A DNA stretch of 59,145 bases from Burkholderiales bacterium. Its GTDB lineage: Bacteria > Pseudomonadota > Gammaproteobacteria > Burkholderiales > SG8-41. Numbering within the stretch: position 1 is the stretch's first letter; the number at the start of each line of letters is the position of its first letter. The notes below the pieces were generated by a model, which saw only the letters and a list, made by a program, of their open reading frames with translations, had not been told where the DNA came from and ran no database searches. This document shows positions 51,990-59,145 of the stretch, in pieces. The position numbers were made by a program, and so were the translations under genes. The DNA lies in the NCBI GenBank assembly GCA_019746155.1, contig JAIESJ010000226.1:1-59145 (forward strand), in the 5' to 3' direction.

Positions 51990-53366
51990 TTAATCGGGTG
52001 ATTTGCCGGTGAGCAGGTCGATTTCCGCCAGCGCCTTGTTGTAGCTGGCGAGGGCTGTCACAAGGCTGATTTCGTGGTTGAACACCGTCATCTGGCTGTC
52101 GAGCAGCGTCAGGAAATCAACCCGATTGACCCTGTATGCGGCGAGTGCCGATTCAACCGTAAGCCGGGCCTGCGGTAGAACGGCGGTTTGGTACAGCCGT
52201 GCCGATTTCAGGTTTTGCTCGGCCGCCGCGGCCTGCTGGCGCAGTTTGGCGTCCACCTCATTGCGCTGCGCCTGATACATGCCCAGAGCCTGATCGCGCA
52301 TCGCCAGGGACTCCGCCACGCGCGGCGCGAGCTTGTTGTCGCGCCATACCGGCAGGTTGATCGCTACGGTCAGGCTCACCATATCGGAGCGCCTGGTACC
52401 GTCCGGCATGTTGTCGCGCTGGCCGTACGACAAGCGCACATCGAAATCGGGGTAGTAATCCTTGCGCGCCAGGTCCAGCGCTTTTTCGTTGCGCGAAACG
52501 ATACTTTGCAACGCGAGCAATTGCGGGCGCCGCGTCAGGGCGATCTCACGTAGCGAATCCAGGTTCAGGATTTCCTCGCGCAATTGCGGCGGCTCCGGTA
52601 CCGGTGCAGCAACATTGGCGCTGCGGCCAAGCATGCGATTGAGTTCTGCTTCGATCGTCAGCCGTTCGCGCGCGAGCTTAATCAGTTCGTCCGTCATTTT
52701 GGACAACTGCGTCTGCGCCTTGAGCACGTCGGCCTGGGTTCCCTGTCCCGCCGAGTAGCGCCCCTCGGCAATCTGCAGAAACTGCTCGAGGATCCGCTTG
52801 TTTTTCTCGACCAGCTTGGTCATCTCGATCGTGAGGCCCAGATCGAAATAGGCGGTCTTGATGTCGCGCGCGACGCGATTAACGGTTTCCTGGTAGCCGT
52901 AACCGACCGATTCCGCGTCCCTGGTGGCTACATCCTGGCGCAGACCGCGTTTGCCAGGATATGGAAGCCGTTGGGACAGGCCGATCATCTTCATCGTCAT
53001 GTCTTCGCGGTCAAATCGCAGCGAGTTGGTCGGCACGTTGATGAACCCGGCCTCAAGCATCGGATCGTCGAGCGCGCCCGCCGGCGCAACTCTGTGCTGT
53101 GCCGCCTCCCTTTCCTTGCGGGCTGCCTGGATCTCGGGATTGTTCTGCAGCGCTTCGGCCACCAGCTTGTTGAGCGGAGTAGCGCTGTGAACCGCCGGTA
53201 ATGATTGGCCCGGCAATACCGGCTCGGCCGCCGACGCCGGCAGCCCGACAGCCATAGACCAAAGCACGGCTTGTAGATAACGTCCGAGGAGCATGCGCGC
53301 TCCACGCAGTTGACACCACTTCGGGAACGTCCCGAACTGTACTAACGACATAACATACCTCCGCAA
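51990..53366 (-). CDS. cusC: TolC-family outer-membrane efflux protein (CusC-like)
   Basis: 458 aa with tandem OEP repeats. First gene of the C-B-A order. The exact start is uncertain. Confidence 0.88.
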   Translation of the reverse strand: MRRYVMSLVQFGTFPKWCQLRGARMLLGRYLQAVLWSMAVGLPASAAEPVLPGQSLPAVHSATPLNKLVAEALQNNPEIQAARKEREAAQHRVAPAGALDDPMLEAGFINVPTNSLRFDREDMTMKMIGLSQRLPYPGKRGLRQDVATRDAESVGYGYQETVNRVARDIKTAYFDLGLTIEMTKLVEKNKRILEQFLQIAEGRYSAGQGTQADVLKAQTQLSKMTDELIKLARERLTIEAELNRMLGRSANVAAPVPEPPQLREEILNLDSLREIALTRRPQLLALQSIVSRNEKALDLARKDYYPDFDVRLSYGQRDNMPDGTRRSDMVSLTVAINLPVWRDNKLAPRVAESLAMRDQALGMYQAQRNEVDAKLRQQAAAAEQNLKSARLYQTAVLPQARLTVESALAAYRVNRVDFLTLLDSQMTVFNHEISLVTALASYNKALAEIDLLTGKSPD

Positions 53367-53416
53367 AGAAAGACGTACAGCCCCGACCGCGGCGCGCTAC
53401 CGCACGCGGGGGGGGA

Positions 53417-53788
53417 TCAAATCAGAAAACTGCAGAAGCGGATTGGAATGGGCGGATCGACAACGAGGCCCGCCCGCGCCGCGGCCACCACCCTTGAGCG
53501 TGCCCCATCGGTTGGTAACGGCAGTATGAGCACCGGCATCATCGGCGGGGGCGCCACGACCGGCAAGATAGTGGAGGAGAGCCGGTCGCCCCCGATGCAC
53601 TGTTTCAGGCATAGACCGGCATTGGCGGAATCCGAGTGGTGACAACTGTCCTCGGAAGCAGTGACGAAGGCATCGGAAACGGTCATTACCGGCTGCATGC
53701 ACGGCTGCGCTGCCGACACCATTTGGGTGAACCCTAGAGCTAACAGCGCGATCCACACCGCTACACGGGACCATCGTTTCGCGATCAT
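53417..53788 (-). CDS. small secreted Cys/His-containing protein upstream of cusCBA (CopL/CzcI-like)
   Basis: 123 aa with a signal peptide (VAVWIALLALGFTQMVSAA) followed by DSCHHSDSANAGLCLKQC. Confidence 0.45.
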   Translation of the reverse strand: MIAKRWSRVAVWIALLALGFTQMVSAAQPCMQPVMTVSDAFVTASEDSCHHSDSANAGLCLKQCIGGDRLSSTILPVVAPPPMMPVLILPLPTDGARSRVVAAARAGLVVDPPIPIRFCSFLI

Positions 53789-53844
53789 ATATTCATATTA
53801 TCCCAACGACGCGGCGCCAACAATCCGTCCGCGTCCGGGATTTG

Positions 53845-54365
53845 ATCCAGATCAATGAATTGCGCGCGAGGTAAGCCCGCGCCATCCGTGCATGCTCGCC
53901 GATGCCGACGAAGCGCGCGACTGGCGAATCTATGCGGAGTTCGCGCAGCATCTGATCAGAATCGCCCGTCGGCTCTACGCCAACGAGGCCTTCGGCGTGG
54001 ATCTGAAGGAAACCGTCTACGCACTGGATGCCACGACCATCGATTTGTGCTTGACGCTGTTTCCTTGGGCGCCATTCCGCACCACCAAGGCAGCGATCAA
54101 GTTGCATACCCTGCTCGACCGGCAACCTCCCGAGTTTCATCCACATCTCCGATGGCAAGCTTCATGGCGTCAATATCCTGGACGAAGTGTTGCCCGAGCC
54201 CGGCGCCTTCTACATCATGGAATTCGATCTATGAAACCCTACAGATCCTGAGTCTGACCATGTTCGAAACAACCCCACTGCATCAACTACTTAGCCTCGA
54301 CCCACCGGACCCATTTTCACCGAATGGGTTCAGCCAGTTGAATTTATTGCAGATCGCTTAGCAGC
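53845..54365 (+). mobile_element. IS4-family transposase remnant (frameshifted, internally deleted)
   Basis: LADADEARDWRIYAEFAQHLIRIARRLY...YALDATTIDLCLTLFPWAPFRTTKAAIKLHTLLD is in one frame and NLPSFIHISDGKLHGVNILDEVLPEPGAFYIM in another. These are joined directly to a C-terminal piece (LQILSLTMFETTPLHQLL...QLNLL). Confidence 0.7.
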
Positions 54366-54384
54366 ATCGACCCCGGGACTGAAA

Positions 54385-55803
54385 TCAAGCCGGTCGAGCC
54401 TGCGGCAAGATCAAGCTAAAGGTCGTGAGCTCATTGGGAACGCTTTCAACCGCAACCCTCCCACCATGTAGAGTCGCGATGGATTTTACGATGGCAAGCC
54501 CGAGACCAGACGAGGATTGCGACTCGCCTCGCGAGATATCGACCCGGTAGAATCGATCGAAAATTCTTGGCAAATGCTCTGGAGAAATACCACTGCCGGG
54601 GTTGCTTACTTCGATCACGAATTCATCGTTTCCAAGCGGATATCCACGAATGGTGACGCGCTCCCCAGGTGCTGTGTGACGGATTGCGTTAGCCACGAGG
54701 TTGCTTACGGCACGCCGGAACAGCACGGCATCAGCAATCAAATTCCCGTCAGCGTCAACATTTAACACTATACCGGCTTCTTCAGCCATGCCCTCAAAAT
54801 ATTCGGCTATGCGCTTCAATTCCACGTCGCTGGATATAGTATCCTTGCGCAACATGACTTGAGCATTATCCGCGCGCGCAAGGAACAGCATATTCTCTAT
54901 CATTCTTGTCAACCGCTCGTATTCTTCGATATTTGAAGCGAGCAGCGCTTCATACTCCGGGATCGAGCGTCGCTGTGTGAGCACCACCTGCGTCTCAATC
55001 ATCAGGTTGCTGATCGGCGTACGCAGGTCATGGGCGATATCCGAGGAAAATTGCGTGAGCCGCCGAAACGAGTCTTCGAGACGATCGAGCATGCGGTTGA
55101 AGGCGCGTACCATGTCCTCAAGCTCAGCCGGCGCGTCCTCAATCCGCAGACGCTCGCCGAGCTGGTTCGCGGTAATCTCCCCGGCCGTTCGCGCCACCGT
55201 CTGCACCGGTTGTAATCCACGCCGCGCAATGGCGTAACCGAGGAGTGCGGCTGCAAGCGCGCCCGCCAGCACTGTCCACAGCAAATCCTCGCGGTACGCC
55301 TTGAGTATCGCGGCACGATCCAGGTCTTCGCGCGCCACAATAAGCAAAACGTGGTCATCAGGCTTCTGGCCGATTTGCCCCCAAGCAGCAATCATACGCC
55401 CACGCTTTCCGCCGCTTCCATACCAATCGCGTATTGCAGTAGCGTCTGGCGTGCGGTCGGCGACGACGGAAGTATCTGCATATAGTTGCATGGCATCCGA
55501 TGCGCTTGCCGCAAGCAGTTCTCCCTTAGAATCCTTTAGCGCCAACAACAAACCTCTTTGCCCGAGGACGACATCCAGCAGCCTGTGAGGATCCGCGCGA
55601 ACTGCTTCGATACCACTGGACTCTTCTAATTGATGCCGCAATAAATCGATGGTGCTCAATAATGTCATGTCGTCCCGCCACTGTAATTGCTGAGATAGCG
55701 ACTGATATAGATGGGCGCCGGCGATGCTAAAAACCAACGCGGTCACCGCGGCAAAAAGCAGCCCAAGTCGCGTAGCTAACGGCATATTCCGCACCGGGCT
55801 CAT
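54385..55803 (-). CDS. cusS: heavy-metal sensor histidine kinase (CusS/CopS)
   Basis: 472 aa with two TMs flanking a periplasmic sensor, a HAMP domain, an H-box ([14 protein letters not shown]) and an HATPase_c domain. Confidence 0.9.
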   Translation of the reverse strand: MSPVRNMPLATRLGLLFAAVTALVFSIAGAHLYQSLSQQLQWRDDMTLLSTIDLLRHQLEESSGIEAVRADPHRLLDVVLGQRGLLLALKDSKGELLAASASDAMQLYADTSVVADRTPDATAIRDWYGSGGKRGRMIAAWGQIGQKPDDHVLLIVAREDLDRAAILKAYREDLLWTVLAGALAAALLGYAIARRGLQPVQTVARTAGEITANQLGERLRIEDAPAELEDMVRAFNRMLDRLEDSFRRLTQFSSDIAHDLRTPISNLMIETQVVLTQRRSIPEYEALLASNIEEYERLTRMIENMLFLARADNAQVMLRKDTISSDVELKRIAEYFEGMAEEAGIVLNVDADGNLIADAVLFRRAVSNLVANAIRHTAPGERVTIRGYPLGNDEFVIEVSNPGSGISPEHLPRIFDRFYRVDISRGESQSSSGLGLAIVKSIATLHGGRVAVESVPNELTTFSLILPQARPA

Positions 55804-56471
55804 CCACGCTCCTCTATCACATACCCCATGCCGCGTACGGTGTGGACAAGTTTGTGCGGAAACGGGTCATCCACCTTGGCGCGGAGCCGGCGGATAGCGA
55901 CATCGACAACATTCGTATCGCTGTCAAAGTTCATATCCCACACCTGTGACGCGATGAGCGAGCGTGATAGCACCTCGCCCTGACGAGCGGCCAATAAATG
56001 CAGCAGGGAGAATTCCTTGGCGGTAAGATCAATGCGCTTACCACCCCGAGTCACTCGGCGCTTGAGCACGTCAATCTCCAGGTCGGCGATCTGGATGAAC
56101 TCTTGCTCACGACGTGGGCCTCGCCGTAAAAGCGCACGAACGCGAGCCAGCAATTCCGCAAATGCAAATGGCTTGGCAAGATAATCGTCCGCGCCCAGTT
56201 CTAACCCTTTGACGCGGTCCTCTATTACATCTCTCGCTGTCAGGAATAACACCGGAACATCTTTAATTTTTCGGATTTCTTGCATGATTTGCCAACCATC
56301 GATGCCCGGGAGCATCACATCTAATACGATGAGGTCGTATTCTCCGGAGGTTGCCATATGCTGGCCGTCCGGGCCTGTGCGGGCCAGGTCTACTATGAAA
56401 CCTGACTCGCTCAATCCCTTTCTTAAGTAATCTCCGGTCTTGGGCTCGTCTTCCACCACCAAAATCCGCAT
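55800..56471 (-). CDS. cusR: heavy-metal response regulator (CusR/CopR, OmpR family)
   Basis: Receiver domain [11 protein letters not shown]...[11 protein letters not shown] plus a winged-helix output domain. Start at ATG 56471; the track ORF runs to 56516. Confidence 0.92.
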   Translation of the reverse strand: MRILVVEDEPKTGDYLRKGLSESGFIVDLARTGPDGQHMATSGEYDLIVLDVMLPGIDGWQIMQEIRKIKDVPVLFLTARDVIEDRVKGLELGADDYLAKPFAFAELLARVRALLRRGPRREQEFIQIADLEIDVLKRRVTRGGKRIDLTAKEFSLLHLLAARQGEVLSRSLIASQVWDMNFDSDTNVVDVAIRRLRAKVDDPFPHKLVHTVRGMGYVIEERG

Positions 56472-56524
56472 ATCGATCCCTTTTCTCAGCCGTATTATTC
56501 TGCCGTAACACGGCACCGCTGTGG

Positions 56525-56540
56525 ATTACATAAATGTAAT
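56525..56540. promoter_or_regulatory. CopR/CusR-type box (ATTACA-TAAA-TGTAAT)
   Basis: A perfect palindrome in the cusR / czcE-like divergent intergenic region. It resembles published cop/cus boxes built on (T)TACA...TGTAA(T). Confidence 0.6.
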
Positions 56541-56650
56541 TCGGGAGTCAGGCTCCCGTAAGGGGGATTTCATTAAAGTGTCTCCACGATCGAATGTTCG
56601 ATCGCTCGCCATGAACGGCGAGTCTACTTTAACCATGAAGGAGATACATT

Positions 56651-57052
56651 ATGTTGCGCAAATTTTCTGTTCTACTGACCGCGGGTGCTCTTTCTGCCGC
56701 TCTCGGAACCAGCGCGTTCGCCGAAGGCGACGCCCAAGATGGCTACAGCTCGGGAAATCGTCCCGGGGTGGCGTCTGATAGTCCATTCAAGAGCACGATC
56801 AAAGGGCAGCACTTGGGTAGCGCTATGTCGGCCCAATGGGCGGATCGCCAAATCGAACTCCGCCCGGGCGCTAAGTACGTGAACGTCACGCGCGGGGAAA
56901 CGGTGCTGATCAAAGTCGGCGGAAAGGCTTTTGCCTGGAAGTTTGACACACTCGGCACGCCTGTCTTCAATTTGCAGGAAATAGCACCCAAGGATATCAA
57001 TGTACAGGGTGTGCAGGTGTATGTCGGGCCTAATGATCAAGAAGGAGAATAG
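56651..57052 (+). CDS. periplasmic metal-binding protein, CzcE-like
   Basis: 133 aa with a signal peptide (LLTAGALSAALGTSAFA) and a core KYVNVTRGETVLIKVGGKAFAWKFDTLG...VQVYVGP. GGAGA RBS. Confidence 0.5.
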   Translation: MLRKFSVLLTAGALSAALGTSAFAEGDAQDGYSSGNRPGVASDSPFKSTIKGQHLGSAMSAQWADRQIELRPGAKYVNVTRGETVLIKVGGKAFAWKFDTLGTPVFNLQEIAPKDINVQGVQVYVGPNDQEGE

Positions 57053-57407
57053 CAGTCGCACGATGTCGTCCGCTCTCCGGGTCGTTATTGCTTCGATACT
57101 GCCGCAAAAATCGCGCCCGTAGACACGCAACCCACGACGGCGCATATGTCCAAGAAAAACGACCGGAAGCAAACAAAATTACCATCAGTCATAGCTCTAT
57201 TGCGGATTCCGGCATGCGAGCCATGACTATGGTATTTTGCAGTGCCGACCCGCGCTTATATTAGGTTCGGCAAGGTTCGGTGACACGTTCGGCTTCGCCG
57301 CAGTCAAAGTGCGACTCGCTGCCACTATGGGCTATCTGATCTCGGCGAAATACTCGCTTCCGACAAGGTGTTGCAAAGAAAACTTGCTTTACTCTATAAT
57401 CTGGACT

Positions 57408-57767
57408 GTGTCCATATTCAGTAGAAAAATACTGATTCTTGCGTTGCTGCTGGTAATGCCCTTGCAAGGTGTTGCCGCATCGCTATCGCATCTGTTGTGC
57501 TCGCCTCCGTCTGCCGCTGAACAAATGGTTTCCGGCCATCACCACGATGTGGGTGGCGACAACGTCACCCCTCATGATCACGACGATAGCAGCAGCAACG
57601 ACAGCAGCAAAAGCCACGCCGGGCACTTGTCCTGCCATCAAGTGTCTTCCGCCATACCGAGCGTCACGGTAGCGGTCTTTGTCAGCAATCTGTCCGTCTT
57701 CGAACCCGCAGTCTTCATTCTTTCAAGCCTGTTCTTCCCCGAACGGCCGCAGCGCCCCCCTCGATAG
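57408..57767 (+). CDS. CzcI-like small secreted His/Cys protein
   Basis: The in-frame GTG at 57408 gives a signal peptide (SIFSRKILILALLLVMPLQGVAA). This is followed by HHHDVGGDNVTPHDHDD...HLSCHQ and a C-terminal FPERPQRPP. The start codon is uncertain; the track ORF begins at 57237. Confidence 0.45.
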   Translation: MSIFSRKILILALLLVMPLQGVAASLSHLLCSPPSAAEQMVSGHHHDVGGDNVTPHDHDDSSSNDSSKSHAGHLSCHQVSSAIPSVTVAVFVSNLSVFEPAVFILSSLFFPERPQRPPR

Positions 57768-57977
57768 CCCCAATAATTCCGGTCCGGAACCGAACCCTGC
57801 CCTGCGGAGTAGTCGGGAACGCCACAGTTCCTAGCAGGTTCGATCCCGACAAATACTCCACTTGATTGTATGGCCCCTCTACTTAACGCTCGGGGTCTGT
57901 TAGTGTGTGGCTAAGCCGTACCAGTCCGTGCGACATCCACCGTGCTTTGCTTATGTTTCTGAAAAACAAGGATTTTT

Positions 57978-58625
57978 ATGATTAGAACTTTACCGCTCAA
58001 GGCAGCATATGTGACGCTCTGTCTAGCAGCGCTTGCGCCGTTTACGGCAGGAGCACAGCAAACCGGCCGTCCCAACCCGATGGACCCTTCTGAACCGGCG
58101 CCGAATATGATGCGCCAATCGGCATTTGCCGATTACCAGCCTTTCCAAGAACAGAAACCGGCACCGTGGAGGGAATTGCATGACGAAGTGGCGGGACCAG
58201 CGAGGCTCGCTTCGGGCAGCACGCCAACGGAGGCGCCGAACACCGCCAGGACATCTTCCTTTCCCGCCAGCGTCGTCATGCAAGAAAAATTACCGGCGAG
58301 ACCAAGTGGCGCAACGGGGAAAACGGCTGATGTTTCCGCTAACTCAATTGTCGGATCCGGCGTAATACGGCAGATCGACAAAGCGAACAACAAAGTCAAG
58401 ATCGCTCATGAGCCGATCGAGGCATTAGGCTGGCCGAAGATGACCATGTTCTTTCGCCTCAAAGACGCATCAATCGCAAACCAGGTAAAGGAAGGGGATA
58501 AAGTGAATTTTTTCCTCGAGAAGACGGCGTCGGGGCACGTCATCTCCGGCTTCCAGAAGCCGATGCCTGATCACAGCATGGACGGCATGGGTGGCATGTC
58601 TGGCCACAGCATGAGCCCGAAATAA
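57978..58625 (+). CDS. cusF: CusF-like periplasmic copper/silver-binding protein with long N-terminal extension and Met/His tail
   Basis: 215 aa with a signal peptide and a CusF core GVIRQIDKANNKVKIAHEPIEALGWPKMTMFFRL. The tail is PDHSMDGMGGMSGHSMSPK. Confidence 0.8.
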   Translation: MIRTLPLKAAYVTLCLAALAPFTAGAQQTGRPNPMDPSEPAPNMMRQSAFADYQPFQEQKPAPWRELHDEVAGPARLASGSTPTEAPNTARTSSFPASVVMQEKLPARPSGATGKTADVSANSIVGSGVIRQIDKANNKVKIAHEPIEALGWPKMTMFFRLKDASIANQVKEGDKVNFFLEKTASGHVISGFQKPMPDHSMDGMGGMSGHSMSPK

Positions 58626-58637
58626 AGGAGAAGAAGC

Positions 58638-59145
58638 ATGAACATTATTCGATTCCCGGGAGCTACCAGAAGCAAGGCTTTAATTGCCGCGCTTGGCATA
58701 CTGTTTCTCGGGGGCTGCGCCACATTTTCTCAAGACGGCGGCTTTGACGCAGTCGAGGGTATCGCGAAAGATCGCATCAACAAGGAAGTCAAGTGGAATC
58801 GTTCGGAATCCAACGCGGACAGCATCCAGGCCAGTGTAAAAAAGCTCCTGGCATCTCCGCTTTCGGTAAACGATGCCGTGCAGATCGCGCTACTTAACAA
58901 TCGAGGGTTACAGGCTACCTACGCCGAACTCGGGATTGCCGAAGCGGACCTGGTGCAGGCGGGCAGACTTCGCAATCCGGGATTTTCCTTCAGGCGCACG
59001 CACGCAGGAGACGACATCAAGATCGAGCGCACATTTGTGTTCGACTTCCTCGGCTTGCTGACAATACCGTTGAGGACCAAGATCGAGGGCCAGCGCTTCG
59101 AGCAAGTCAAGCTGCTGGTTGCGAACGAGGTGCTGCGTGTGGCCG
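58638..59145 (+). CDS. outer-membrane efflux lipoprotein (NodT/CusC/CzcC-like), 3'-truncated by window edge
   Basis: Not in the track because it is open at the edge. ATG 58638 follows AAAGGAG. It has the lipobox LFLGGC, then LSVNDAVQIALLNNRGLQATYAELGIAEADLVQAG. Confidence 0.8.
   Translation, partial: MNIIRFPGATRSKALIAALGILFLGGCATFSQDGGFDAVEGIAKDRINKEVKWNRSESNADSIQASVKKLLASPLSVNDAVQIALLNNRGLQATYAELGIAEADLVQAGRLRNPGFSFRRTHAGDDIKIERTFVFDFLGLLTIPLRTKIEGQRFEQVKLLVANEVLRVA

Noticed and set aside
57815-57875. tRNA-like 3' fragment (…GGTTCGATCCCGAC…CCA), considered as a possible integration-site scar.
   Set aside because: The flanking bases cannot form a 5-bp T-stem or a 7-bp acceptor stem. Only a generic GTCGGGA/TCCCGAC hairpin with a 27-nt loop is possible.

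Overview
High-GC proteobacterial chromosomal segment, probably from a betaproteobacterium judging by gene content and repeat types. All family calls come from motif recognition in the translated ORFs, because no database search was possible. The left ~22 kb is respiratory housekeeping. It holds ccoN(partial)OQP-ccoGH for cbb3 oxidase, and a divergent fnr/hemN pair with an FNR box. It also holds a TauE/DsbD_2-like membrane protein, sodC, a TAT-exported Rieske protein and a 5'-truncated MtrB/PioB-like porin remnant. The remnant abuts a Y1 (RAYT/IS200-like) transposase gene bracketed by perfect 21-bp inverted repeats. A complete ccmABCDEFGHI operon follows on the minus strand, then a REP-like palindrome cluster, a SAF-domain oxidoreductase and a beta-CASP MBL hydrolase. 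The right ~37 kb (about 22.2 kb to the window end) is a mosaic soft-metal resistance island, almost entirely on the minus strand. (i) SHOCT, ICMT-like and DUF2933 genes, a canonical CPC-type CopA, an orphan bc1-type Rieske gene and a tiny His-rich membrane ORF sit behind a CsoR/RcnR-type palindrome. (ii) A decay zone holds a frameshifted cupredoxin and a histidine-kinase 3' fragment. (iii) An 18-kb co-directional supercluster is driven by three MerR-type promoters with long spacers. It contains two unusual P1B ATPases with a Y-P-C membrane motif instead of CPC, and a LolCDE-like two-permease ABC system with a small Cys-pair periplasmic protein. It also contains a MerR-thioredoxin-CcdA-DUF3147 unit and a MerR-GGCT-MprF-like-MFS-GGCT operon. 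The last part is an ATPase/anchored-protein/MerP-like/OM barrel/NHL propeller operon. (iv) The final block is cusCBA with a fused CusF domain, a CopL-like gene, an IS4 remnant, cusRS, czcE-like, czcI-like and cusF-like genes, and the start of a second OM factor. The best candidates for something undescribed are the MerR-controlled GGCT/flippase-like/MFS operon, the adaptor-less ABC plus redox module, and the Y-P-C ATPase envelope operon. A structured 86-168 bp repeat family occurs three times, twice exactly at the 3' ends of respiratory operons.
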